This document shows, piece after piece, positions 9,852 through 19,190 of a DNA stretch of 64,000 nucleotides. The stretch comes from a virus. Taxonomy: Duplodnaviria; Caudoviricetes. The stretch spans positions 128,001 through 192,000 of the IMG/VR virus record IMGVR_UViG_3300036958_000333. The stretch is one strand, 5' to 3'. A program made the position numbers and the translations under genes. Position 1 is the first letter of the stretch, and every line of letters begins with the position of its first letter. The notes under the pieces are model-generated. The model was not told where the DNA came from, ran no database searches, and saw only the letters and a list, made by a program, of their open reading frames with translations.

Positions 9852-10796
9852 ATGATTAAAAGAGCTTTAGTATTATCCGGTGGTGGATCAAGGGGATCAT
9901 TTCAAGTTGGAATGATTAGGTCTATTGTAGAAAAATATAATATAAATTTTGATGTTATATATGGAGTTAGCGTTGGAGCATTAAATGGTTCATTTATAGC
10001 ACAAGCAGATAAACAAAAACCAGATGATTTATTATATTATGCTTCAAAATTAGAAGAAAGATGGAAAAAAATAAAAAACAACGATGATATTTATAATTCT
10101 AGAAGTTTTCTTAGTATAGTATTGAAAAATCATAATAGTTATTATGATAATAAAAACTTATATAAATTGATAAATAAATGGATCGATGTAGATAAAATTA
10201 AAAAAAGTGGTACAAAATTAAGAATAGGTGTGGTTTCATTATTATCTGGTGATTTTTATAATATGAGTGAAGATTGTAATAATTTAATAGATTATATATT
10301 TGCATCTACATGTATACCTGGCGTATTTTCTCCTCAAAAAATATTCAATGATATGTATGTTGATGGAGGTATAAGAAATATAACACCTTTAAAAGAAGCA
10401 ATACAAAACGAAACTGTTGATGAAATATATGTATTACTTACTAATAGAATAAAATTACAAGAAAATGGAGAAATAGATGTAATTAATATTCCTATTTGTA
10501 TTAAAGATTTAACTTCTAAATTTTTAGGAACACCAGAAATAATAAAAGTAATATCTAGGGCTGTTGATATAATGTGTACCGAAATATTGATAAATGATAT
10601 TAATATTACATCAAAGAAAAATAAAGAATCTATTGTTAATAAAAAATATAGAAATGTACCTATATATATTATATCACCAAAAAAGTGTTATGGTAATAAT
10701 GATAATGGATTAGATTTTTCTAAAGAATTAATATCAGAGGCCATAGATCATGGAAAAATAGTTGGAGAAGACAAATCTACATGGAACATATTATAA
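9852..10796 (+). CDS. patatin-like phospholipase
   Basis: LSGGGSRG oxyanion motif, GVSVG nucleophile (GxSxG), YVDGG catalytic Asp. Confidence 0.9.
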   Translation: MIKRALVLSGGGSRGSFQVGMIRSIVEKYNINFDVIYGVSVGALNGSFIAQADKQKPDDLLYYASKLEERWKKIKNNDDIYNSRSFLSIVLKNHNSYYDNKNLYKLINKWIDVDKIKKSGTKLRIGVVSLLSGDFYNMSEDCNNLIDYIFASTCIPGVFSPQKIFNDMYVDGGIRNITPLKEAIQNETVDEIYVLLTNRIKLQENGEIDVINIPICIKDLTSKFLGTPEIIKVISRAVDIMCTEILINDINITSKKNKESIVNKKYRNVPIYIISPKKCYGNNDNGLDFSKELISEAIDHGKIVGEDKSTWNIL

Positions 10797-13635
10797 TATC
10801 ATAATTAAAATTATTATCCTGACATATTAATTTTATTCTTCTTTTATCTTTTCTTTCTTTTAATGCTTCATTTATAATATTTTCTGTATTTATAATCTGA
10901 CTTTGTCTTTTACTTGTAGTTACTGATCCATCTCTCATATATCTATATTTATATAATACTTTATTTAAAAATCCTAATTTACCAATCATATCCATTTTTA
11001 AAGCTAACCATTTATCACAAGACGTAGATGGGCAGTTTGAAAAATCTATTTTTTCAACAAACTGTTTTTTACATGTAATAAAATGAGAAACAATTACCCC
11101 TGGAATAGTCAACATTCCATCAATTAATGATCCATATTTATATGGATCTTCTGAAAAACCATCCAATGTTTTGTTTTTTAATTCTTTATCGTATCTTTCA
11201 TTATTAGAATATGCAAAAATAACATCATTTGTTTTATAAAAATTATTCATTTCTTCTATTGCATTAGGATAAATCCAATCATCTGAATCTACAAAACCTA
11301 TAAAATCTCCGTTAGATTCTTTTATTCCTATATTCCAACAATATCCTTGGCTATGTGGACCATCTTTTAATTCTATGTACTTTATTTTATTATTATTAAT
11401 ATTAGAAATTATTTTTTTAGTATTATCATTAGAATTATCATCTATAATAATTAACTCAAAATTTGAATATGTTTGATTTAAAACACTTTCAATAGAATTA
11501 CGAATATATAATTCAGAATTATATACAGGCATTATAATAGACCATAAGTATTCATTATTTTTATTTAATAATTTTTTAAATAATTTATCATATAATATAG
11601 AAACATTTATTTCTCTATAATTCTCAGCTTTTAATTTTGCCTTTTTAGATATTTCTTTTTTAAGTTCTGGTTTTCTTATTAAATCTTCGCATTTTTCAAT
11701 TATTTCATAAAAACTATCACAAACAAATCCACCGTCTCCTACTGTTTCTTTTAATGCTCCTTTATTTTCACATACAACTGGAACACCTAAAGCCATACAT
11801 TCAGCTATTGACATTCCAAAAGATTCTTCATGTTCGGATGTTAAATATAAACACATATCAAAATCAGCTATATATCCAACCCTATTTTCATCATAAATAT
11901 TTTTTATAATATTATGTTCTAAATTATATTTATTAAAACTTTTTATTAATTCATTTTCAAATGGACCGTTTCCTATAATTGTTGACAATATATATTTATT
12001 TTTATTTGATAAATATTTTAATATTGGAACAAAATTATCATGAAATTTTCTTTTTATTAATCTAGAAACTCTACCTATTATAACAGATGATTTTTTATAA
12101 TTATTTTTCTCAATATATTCATAAAAACAATTTTCTATTGGATAAGGTATAACAAATGTTTTATTTATATTTGGAGAAAATTTTTTATTAAAATTAGATC
12201 CAACACAATAATAATCACATATATCTGGCATTATTTCTACAGAATCATGTATAAAACCTATTTTTAATGATTTTATTTTTTTTATATCTTCATATATTTT
12301 ATTAATATTATTTATTCTTTTATAGGCAACAGAACACCAATGTAAAAATATTATATCAGAATCTTTATCTATTTCATTTATATCTTCTATTTTTTTATGT
12401 TTTATATTATATTTATTTAATTTATCAATATATTTAGACGTTTCTATACTATCTGGGCTATTTGACATATAATAAAAATCTATATCATAATTATGATATT
12501 TTTTATGTCCTCCGGCTATTGTTATAGATCCAAGCCCTTGTCCTCCTTCTAAACATAATTGAATATGTGATATTTTTATTTTTTTATTTTTATTCTCTGT
12601 TCTTTCTATTTTATTGTTTAAGTATTCAAACAATTCTTGTTTAAATTTTTCATGTTTATCAATACAATATTTATAATTATATTCTTGTATATCTCTTAAT
12701 TCTTGAATATTATTTTTAAAATAATTAATTTTGTCTATCATTATTTTTTCTTGATTTTCTTCTATTGTAATATAAAATTTTTCTCCCATTATACTTGGCA
12801 TATAATCATTTTGACATTTTTTACATTTTAATAATGTACCATTTTTATTATCAAAATATTCATTGAATGTAGTATAATCTGTTCCAAATATATAATTGCC
12901 ACATGAACAAGCGTCTTGAACACATAACCCTATTCCTTCAAAAATTCTAGGAACCAAATACATGTCAGATTTTAATAAATTGTTTATATATTGTTCATTA
13001 TTATCATTTCTGCCAAATATTATACTTGATATATTACAAGAATTAATATCTATAAGATCTATTGTAGGATAATCCGTTTTAATTATTATTTCTATATTTT
13101 TTATTTTTTTTAATATTTCAGTTATAAATTCTTGATTTATTCCTCTTGATCTTAAATGTAAAAATAATTTTAAATTATTTGTTTTATATTTAATTGGATT
13201 TATTTTATTTATAGGCGGTTGCCATATTTGAATATGTTTTAACGGTATATTATTATTTATTAATTTTATTCTATCAAATGCAAATTTACTTGGAATCAGT
13301 ATTTCATACCAATAATCAAATGTATTTTTCATAAATCTCCATGCTGCTCCTCCAAGAAATTCCTGACATGGTATCCAAATAATTTTACCTTTTAAAGACC
13401 ATATTTTTGATGGTCTTCCTTCACATACAAATATTATATCATATTTGTCATATATTTGAATATTTTTATAAGAGTAATGATAATAACTAGAAGAATATAC
13501 TGATGTATATGGAAATTCTCTTATTTCTACGTTTGATTTTGGAAAAATGTTTAATATTGTGTTTTTTAAATAGTTAGATAAATTAAACCATCCAGAGTAT
13601 TTATGATTTGTGTTTATTATTATTAAAAAATTCAT
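10777..13635 (-). CDS. multidomain glycosyltransferase (two GT4/GT-B-like domains plus GT2)
   Basis: EGIGLCVQDA..CG; ESFGMSIAECMALGVPVV; SIIMPVYN...SVLNQTY.NFELIIIDD.S.D, FVDSDD. Confidence 0.9.
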   Translation of the reverse strand: MNFLIIINTNHKYSGWFNLSNYLKNTILNIFPKSNVEIREFPYTSVYSSSYYHYSYKNIQIYDKYDIIFVCEGRPSKIWSLKGKIIWIPCQEFLGGAAWRFMKNTFDYWYEILIPSKFAFDRIKLINNNIPLKHIQIWQPPINKINPIKYKTNNLKLFLHLRSRGINQEFITEILKKIKNIEIIIKTDYPTIDLIDINSCNISSIIFGRNDNNEQYINNLLKSDMYLVPRIFEGIGLCVQDACSCGNYIFGTDYTTFNEYFDNKNGTLLKCKKCQNDYMPSIMGEKFYITIEENQEKIMIDKINYFKNNIQELRDIQEYNYKYCIDKHEKFKQELFEYLNNKIERTENKNKKIKISHIQLCLEGGQGLGSITIAGGHKKYHNYDIDFYYMSNSPDSIETSKYIDKLNKYNIKHKKIEDINEIDKDSDIIFLHWCSVAYKRINNINKIYEDIKKIKSLKIGFIHDSVEIMPDICDYYCVGSNFNKKFSPNINKTFVIPYPIENCFYEYIEKNNYKKSSVIIGRVSRLIKRKFHDNFVPILKYLSNKNKYILSTIIGNGPFENELIKSFNKYNLEHNIIKNIYDENRVGYIADFDMCLYLTSEHEESFGMSIAECMALGVPVVCENKGALKETVGDGGFVCDSFYEIIEKCEDLIRKPELKKEISKKAKLKAENYREINVSILYDKLFKKLLNKNNEYLWSIIMPVYNSELYIRNSIESVLNQTYSNFELIIIDDNSNDNTKKIISNINNNKIKYIELKDGPHSQGYCWNIGIKESNGDFIGFVDSDDWIYPNAIEEMNNFYKTNDVIFAYSNNERYDKELKNKTLDGFSEDPYKYGSLIDGMLTIPGVIVSHFITCKKQFVEKIDFSNCPSTSCDKWLALKMDMIGKLGFLNKVLYKYRYMRDGSVTTSKRQSQIINTENIINEALKERKDKRRIKLICQDNNFNYDIIICSM

Positions 13636-13649
13636 ATAATATAATAGAT

Positions 13650-13657
13650 TTAAGCGA
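13650..13657 (+). promoter_or_regulatory. TTAAGCGA motif (copy 2)
   Basis: 28 nt upstream of ATG 13686. Confidence 0.5.
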
Positions 13658-13685
13658 TAAAATATATTTTTTAATTATAAAATTT

Positions 13686-14282
13686 ATGAATTTAAAAGAA
13701 ATATTAGAAATATTTTTATATTCTAATTATAGAACAATAGAAAACGCTATTGATGTACATAAGTTAATAAAAGAATTAAATAATATTTTTTATTTTAATC
13801 TTTCGGTTTGGTTTATTAAAAATTATGAAATAATTACACATAAAGAAATATTTATATCAAACTTATTTATATCAGATTTTATTGAACATAGACAAAAAGC
13901 GTCTGAATTATTAAAAGATTTCAATCCATACTCGATTAATAATATATTAGATAATATAAAGGGAAAAGTTTATATAATAAAAAATGAAAGAGTTTTTAAA
14001 CCAAGATTAAAACACAATATTCCTAGAATATTAAAATCTTCAATAAAAAATTATATCGAAAGTATTGATAATATTGATATTATAAATAATAATAAAAAAT
14101 ATTTAAGACAAATATGTTGCAGATGTAGAATTAATATAGATAAATATAAAAATATACTTTTCAATAATGAAAAATATGAAAATAATAATATTTATAATCA
14201 AGATTTATCTTTAGAAAACTTAATATGCGAATATGAAAAAGAAAAAAATATTTTTTTAAAAAAAATAATAGATTTTATCTAG
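13686..14282 (+). CDS. hypothetical protein
   Basis: ORF track 13608-14282; start moved to ATG 13686 to avoid overlap with the divergent gene; CCRC motif. Confidence 0.6.
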   Translation: MNLKEILEIFLYSNYRTIENAIDVHKLIKELNNIFYFNLSVWFIKNYEIITHKEIFISNLFISDFIEHRQKASELLKDFNPYSINNILDNIKGKVYIIKNERVFKPRLKHNIPRILKSSIKNYIESIDNIDIINNNKKYLRQICCRCRINIDKYKNILFNNEKYENNNIYNQDLSLENLICEYEKEKNIFLKKIIDFI

Positions 14283-14297
14283 TATTTATTAAGGGTT

Positions 14298-14382
14298 TGT
14301 CGATTTTCCTGAGATAGTAGTCAGAACAATAGATTGTAAGTATATACGAATCTATAAAATGGATTCTCTCTAAAAATCGACA
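14298..14382. other. structured intergenic element (candidate cis-RNA/ncRNA)
   Basis: TGTCGATTTT/AAAATCGACA closing stem enclosing CTGA/TCAG and ATAGATT-GTA/TAC-AATCTAT hairpins. Confidence 0.5.
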
Positions 14383-14404
14383 TTAGTTTATTTAGGAGAA
14401 ATTC

Positions 14405-14602
14405 ATGTCAGAACAATTAAAAAAGGCATATTTATTAATAGATGAAAAAAATGAAAATATAAAACTTATCGATGAATTGCAACAAGTAGAAAAAATGAAA
14501 TTTGAATCTATAGATGAATTATCTACCATTAAAATATTTGAAATTGAGTTTAAGAAAAAAATATCATTTAAGCCAGAAGTTAGTATAAAAATTAAAGAAT
14601 AA
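14405..14602 (+). CDS. hypothetical protein
   Basis: AGGAG RBS; 65 aa ORF. Confidence 0.7.
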   Translation: MSEQLKKAYLLIDEKNENIKLIDELQQVEKMKFESIDELSTIKIFEIEFKKKISFKPEVSIKIKE

Positions 14603-14753
14603 TTATTCTTGTAAATAAATCGAATATTAGTAATAGAAATTTATGATTTTCAATAAATAATAAAAAACAAATAAAACAAAAATAGAAATTTTATCTTTTC
14701 TGTATTTTTAATTATAGATTTAGTAAGATTATGATATATAAAATAAATTATAT

Positions 14754-14779
14754 TTTTGTAAAATTATAATTTTACAAAA
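14754..14779. repeat. perfect 26-bp palindrome
   Basis: TTTTGTAAAATTA|TAATTTTACAAAA, 12 nt before a TTAAGCGA motif. Confidence 0.8.
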
Positions 14780-14791
14780 TTTTTTATTTAT

Positions 14792-14799
14792 TTAAGCGA
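14792..14799 (+). promoter_or_regulatory. TTAAGCGA motif (copy 3)
   Basis: 50 nt upstream of ATG 14850, at the head of a long + strand gene run. Confidence 0.5.
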
Positions 14800-14849
14800 A
14801 AAATATTTTTTATTATATATAAAATAAATTATAAGAGGTTAAATTAAAT

Positions 14850-15110
14850 ATGGAAATTGAACAAGTTTATGTAATTATAGAAGAGACAAACTGTGATGAA
14901 ATGATAAAATGTAGGGTTTTTTCAAATATATATGATGCAAATTATTGTATTGAGGAATGGGCGGATGAAAGAGGAATTTCATTAGATCCTGAAGAAACAG
15001 ATGCTGATATTTTAATTGAAAATAATGAGGAAGAAAATTTTGATTATATTTCATCAATTATACATGATGATTACGGAAAAATAAGATTGATTATTACAGA
15101 ATTAGAATAA
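14850..15110 (+). CDS. acidic hypothetical protein
   Basis: GAGG RBS; 86 aa. Confidence 0.7.
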   Translation: MEIEQVYVIIEETNCDEMIKCRVFSNIYDANYCIEEWADERGISLDPEETDADILIENNEEENFDYISSIIHDDYGKIRLIITELE

Positions 15111-15153
15111 TCAATATATTGATTGAAAAATTATTTTTATAAAATAGAAGTTT

Positions 15154-15588
15154 ATGAGAACGCCATTAGAAAAAATTTACATGAAAACCGCGATTCTTTT
15201 TTCAGAAAGAGCAACTTGTAATAGAAAAAAAGTTGGCGGAGTATTAGTTTTAGATGGAAGAATAATAGCTACCGGATATTGTGGTTCACCTTCAAAAACA
15301 GATCACTGTATAGACGTTGGTTGTGAAATACAAATTAAAGACGGAAGAGAATCTTGTGTAAGAACAGTTCATTGTGAAATGGCTATTATAAGTTTTTGCG
15401 CAAGGCATGGATTATCTACTCTTGGAACAGAATTATTCATAACTTTATGTCCTTGTTATGAATGCGCTAAAGTTTTAATAAATGCTGGAATTAAAAAAGT
15501 ATTTTATTTAGAAGAATATAGTGGAAAAAGCGGAAAAGAATTATTAAAAAATAATGGAATAGAATGTATACAATACAAAGAGGTATAA
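15154..15588 (+). CDS. cd: dCMP deaminase (ComEB-like)
   Basis: RATC.RKKVG, IIATGY.G, VHCE, LCPCYECAK zinc motifs. Confidence 0.92.
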   Translation: MRTPLEKIYMKTAILFSERATCNRKKVGGVLVLDGRIIATGYCGSPSKTDHCIDVGCEIQIKDGRESCVRTVHCEMAIISFCARHGLSTLGTELFITLCPCYECAKVLINAGIKKVFYLEEYSGKSGKELLKNNGIECIQYKEV

Positions 15589-15594
15589 AAAAAT

Positions 15595-15834
15595 ATGATA
15601 GGAATTAAAGTTAGAGAAAAAGAAACAATTGAATCTATGTTAAAAAGATTCAAACAGGTATATGAAAGTTCTAATTTACAAAAAGAATTAAAAAAACGAG
15701 AGTATTATATATCTCCATCAGAAAAAAGACATAGAGATGATATTGATAGAAAAAAAAAGATTAAAAAATTAAATATTAAAATGAAGAAAAATGAAAAGAA
15801 AGAATTAAATAAAAAAATTATATTTCCATTATAA
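15595..15834 (+). CDS. rpsU: ribosomal protein bS21
   Basis: I.V...E.IESMLKRFK.......L.KELKKREYY..PSEKR matches bS21. Confidence 0.88.
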   Translation: MIGIKVREKETIESMLKRFKQVYESSNLQKELKKREYYISPSEKRHRDDIDRKKKIKKLNIKMKKNEKKELNKKIIFPL

Positions 15835-15878
15835 ATAATTATTAAAAAAATATATATAATAATTATAAATATTATATA

Positions 15879-16280
15879 ATGGAAAATTTCGAAAAAATAT
15901 CAGAATCATCTGTTTCTCCATATACTAATTTTAGTAAATGGTTAAAAAAAAGAATAAGAGCAAATAGATTTCATTTTATGAGTAATTTAGATTTAGATCA
16001 TTGGCCAGCTGGTAAATTTTTAGAATATAAAGGATTTATTTATATTCCATTAAAGATAGATTGGCCTGAAAATAGAGATTATGGTATACTTTATTTGAAA
16101 CCAGTTGGGCGTACTAGAAAATTACAAAGCGGACCATCTACTACATTGATTCCTTTAAATCCTTATCAAATAAGAGTTCAGGTTTCAAGAGAAATAAAAA
16201 AAAGAAAAACTAGTATTAAAAATACCATAAAGAAAACACCTTATGAAAAAATGATTAAAAAAATGCTCATAAAACCATAA
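15879..16280 (+). CDS. basic hypothetical protein
   Basis: ORF track, 133 aa. Confidence 0.7.
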   Translation: MENFEKISESSVSPYTNFSKWLKKRIRANRFHFMSNLDLDHWPAGKFLEYKGFIYIPLKIDWPENRDYGILYLKPVGRTRKLQSGPSTTLIPLNPYQIRVQVSREIKKRKTSIKNTIKKTPYEKMIKKMLIKP

Positions 16281-16344
16281 GTAAGAAATCACTAAAATTA
16301 ATTAATAATGTTTAAAAACAAATAATAAAATACCGGAGCCAATT

Positions 16345-16578
16345 GTGGGAAAAATAGATATTGAAAAATTAACCGTGGAACAAGCGGCAAAAAAAACAAT
16401 AGAGTTTTTGACTTCAGAAGAAGGAAGAAAATCTATTTTAGAATCATTAGAATACGTCAAAAAAAATTCAATAAGTGAAGAATTGAGTAAAGCTAGAATT
16501 ATTGATTATAATGATATTAATAAACCCAGGTACTTAAATAAACCCATGTTCTTAGAAGATGAAATAGATATGTTTTAA
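16345..16578 (+). CDS. hypothetical protein
   Basis: GGAG RBS, GTG start. Confidence 0.65.
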   Translation: MGKIDIEKLTVEQAAKKTIEFLTSEEGRKSILESLEYVKKNSISEELSKARIIDYNDINKPRYLNKPMFLEDEIDMF

Positions 16579-16593
16579 GGAGTTTATAATTAT

Positions 16594-16968
16594 ATGGAAA
16601 ACATTGAACAAATTATTATAAATGAATTTCCAGATATGCTTCAAAAATGCGTTGAAATTTATATGTATAGTGGGTGGTATGAGTTAGTAAAAAAAACTTT
16701 ACAAGAAATAAAAGATATAATATATCCTTATTCTATTAATATAACACAAATAAAACAAAAATTTGGTGGATTAAGAATATATTATGATGAATGTCCAAAA
16801 GAAAAAAAAGAACAAATCGACAATATTATAAAAAAAGCAGAAAGAGAATCATTTGATATATGTGAAATTACAGGAAAACCAGGAAAAACAAGATCTTTAA
16901 ATGGTTGGCGAGTTACTCTTTGTGATGAAGAATATAAATATTGGATTAAAAATAGAAAATTAAAATAA
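16594..16968 (+). CDS. conserved phage hypothetical protein (QIK.KFGGLR family)
   Basis: GWYEL, QIKQKFGGLRIYY, CEITGKPG, GW..TLC; AAGGAG RBS. Confidence 0.8.
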   Translation: MENIEQIIINEFPDMLQKCVEIYMYSGWYELVKKTLQEIKDIIYPYSINITQIKQKFGGLRIYYDECPKEKKEQIDNIIKKAERESFDICEITGKPGKTRSLNGWRVTLCDEEYKYWIKNRKLK

Positions 16969-16985
16969 TAGAAAGGAAAGTTTTC

Positions 16986-17159
16986 ATGAACATGTTGTTG
17001 TTATATCTACAGGTTGGTATGTTGGTTTTCTTGATTTATTTTTTAAAAGAAAATAATTATAAAAATCACTTTCTCTCAATTATTTTTTTTATATTAACAT
17101 GGCCTTTTTTATTAATAATAGAAATTATAAATAAATATATATTAAAAGATGATAATTAA
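16986..17159 (+). CDS. small membrane protein (57 aa; below ORF-track cutoff)
   Basis: AAAGGA RBS; two hydrophobic segments (MLLLYLQVGMLVFLIYFL; FLSIIFFILTWPFLLII). Confidence 0.6.
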   Translation: MNMLLLYLQVGMLVFLIYFLKENNYKNHFLSIIFFILTWPFLLIIEIINKYILKDDN

Positions 17160-17176
17160 ATAAAGGGAGTATTAAT

Positions 17177-17398
17177 ATGACTATAGGATTAGGAATATTT
17201 TTGTGTGGTTTATCTATCGGTTTTTCAATAATAATTTTATCTATATTGGTGTCTGGAACAATAATAACTATAAAAAAAGATAGTGGAAAAGACGAATTCG
17301 ATAAAATAAAACAAGATTTAGATAAATTATCAGAATCAATTGAATATATAGAAGAAGCATTATCTTCTTTGAATATACCAATGGATGAACATAAATAA
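17177..17398 (+). CDS. membrane-anchored coiled-coil protein
   Basis: N-terminal hydrophobic helix; GGGAG RBS. Confidence 0.7.
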   Translation: MTIGLGIFLCGLSIGFSIIILSILVSGTIITIKKDSGKDEFDKIKQDLDKLSESIEYIEEALSSLNIPMDEHK

Positions 17399-17755
17399 GT
17401 GTATGATTATTCTACAAATAAGATCAAAAATATAATATTGGAACATTTTCCTAATATTAAGCCTTTTGATCATAAAAATCCATCTAAACCAAAAGAAATA
17501 TTAGAACATGTTTTATGGATGATTTTTGAAATACAAAAAATGAAAGATACATTAAAAGCAAGTAGATGGATTGGATGGATATATTGTGCTTTAGGTCCAG
17601 TTGGATTAAAAATAATATCTTCTGATGATTATAAAGAAATGGCAAGAGTCGATATGTCTCTAATAGGAAAACATATTTTAGATCTTACAAACCAAGAATT
17701 AGATTATATTATTGAAATATTAGGAAGGTCAGAAAAAAATGAAACTTTGGATTGA
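17399..17755 (+). CDS. hypothetical protein
   Basis: H.LWM...I...KASRWIGWI motif; operon context. Confidence 0.7.
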   Translation: MYDYSTNKIKNIILEHFPNIKPFDHKNPSKPKEILEHVLWMIFEIQKMKDTLKASRWIGWIYCALGPVGLKIISSDDYKEMARVDMSLIGKHILDLTNQELDYIIEILGRSEKNETLD

Positions 17756-18146
17756 TGATTCCATTTCAATGCCAGACAATTATGATTTTCATGCTAGAAC
17801 TTCAATGGAAGCCATAGACATAATAAAAAACAACAAAATAACTGAAATATCATTTGATTATGATTTAGGAGGACATCAACAAAATGGATTTTGGGTTGCA
17901 AAATGGATAGAGTTTTTAGCTTATCATAAAAAAATAGATCCATTAAAATGGGAAATTCATTCAAAAGATAAATTTGGAAAAGAAGTAATAGAATCAGCAA
18001 TGAAAAATGCTGAAAATTTTTGGTCAAAAAATGATAAGTTAAATAAAACTAATATAGAAAAAAAAGAAATAGAATCAGAAAATAAAAATAATAAAAAATT
18101 TTGGTCAAAATCAAAAAATGAAAAGTCAAATAAAACAAATATGTAA
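17739..18146 (+). CDS. cyclic-phosphate-processing receiver-like domain protein
   Basis: KLWIDD, ISFDYDLG, G..VAKWIE, IHS...G; duplicated FWSK..N...NKTN tail. Confidence 0.7.
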   Translation: MKLWIDDSISMPDNYDFHARTSMEAIDIIKNNKITEISFDYDLGGHQQNGFWVAKWIEFLAYHKKIDPLKWEIHSKDKFGKEVIESAMKNAENFWSKNDKLNKTNIEKKEIESENKNNKKFWSKSKNEKSNKTNM

Positions 18147-19185
18147 AAAAAGAAATGAACCGGATTGGCTTATATATTTAAGAATAAAATCTTATAATAA
18201 ATTAATTTCGGAAAATAATACAAATGATATTATTTTTAAAAAAGAATTATTTCTAAATGATTTAAGTATAGTTAAAAATAAAAAAAATTTAATAAATTAT
18301 TATCCAATTATAGTATTGCCTATTTATCGTGCAATAGAAACATATGAAAAAATATTAGAAGAATATTTATCTTTATCTGAAATAAATAACTTAAATAATT
18401 TAGGGTTTCAAGATGGAGTATTTATATATGCTCCTAAAGATTGTAAAAATAATAATTTAATATCTATAAGTCCATTTATAGATTCTGAAAATAGAAAATC
18501 AATAGAAAAAACTTTAATAGTATTAGAAGAAAATTCAGAATTAAATATATTAGATGGATGCACCTCACCAATAAAAAACGATAATAATTTTCATTCATAT
18601 GTTGTAGAATTTAACATGAAATCTAATACAAAATTAAATTATTATTCAATACAAAATTTATATTTTGGAAAAAAAGATGGGATTATAAACGTGGAAGATA
18701 AAGTTTTTAATATTATTGGAGATAATGTAAAGTTAAATTACATTCAAGTAGATATAGGATCATTAAAAAATATTAGAAATAATTATATAAAATTAAATAA
18801 TAAAGAGTGTTATATAAGAAATCAAAGTTTAGTATTAAATAAAGAATTCCAAGAATCAATTATAAATAATAATTATAATTTTTTAAATGATAATAATATT
18901 GTTTATCAAAAAAATATTAGTATACAAAATGAAAATTCTAAAATATATGAAAAAAATATTATAAATTCTAATAATAAAGGAAAATATTTTTATTATGGAT
19001 TATCAAATAGTTGTAATAAAGAGCTAAGGTATAATTCAAATTCTAAAGATTTCTTATTTAATCATGATATAAAAAATATAAATGATAAAAATATATTAGA
19101 ATTATCAAATGAAATATTAGAAGAATTTCCGAAAGAATATTATTTGGAAACATTAGAAATAATTAAAACTATCTATAATATATAA
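18118..19185 (+). CDS. sufB: SufB-like Fe-S assembly scaffold (divergent)
   Basis: EPDWL..LR.K.Y, DGVFIYAPK, EKTLIV.EENS, DGCTSP, HS.VVE, Y.SIQN.Y.G, FP.EY..E align with SufB. Confidence 0.7.
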   Translation: MKSQIKQICKKRNEPDWLIYLRIKSYNKLISENNTNDIIFKKELFLNDLSIVKNKKNLINYYPIIVLPIYRAIETYEKILEEYLSLSEINNLNNLGFQDGVFIYAPKDCKNNNLISISPFIDSENRKSIEKTLIVLEENSELNILDGCTSPIKNDNNFHSYVVEFNMKSNTKLNYYSIQNLYFGKKDGIINVEDKVFNIIGDNVKLNYIQVDIGSLKNIRNNYIKLNNKECYIRNQSLVLNKEFQESIINNNYNFLNDNNIVYQKNISIQNENSKIYEKNIINSNNKGKYFYYGLSNSCNKELRYNSNSKDFLFNHDIKNINDKNILELSNEILEEFPKEYYLETLEIIKTIYNI

Positions 19186-19190
19186 TAGAT

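Noticed and set aside
9852..10796. CBASS-type defence system around the patatin
   Set aside because: No cyclic-oligonucleotide synthase or ancillary genes nearby
14298..14382. Hammerhead ribozyme
   Set aside because: CUGAGAU does not match CUGANGA, and no correctly placed GAAA is present
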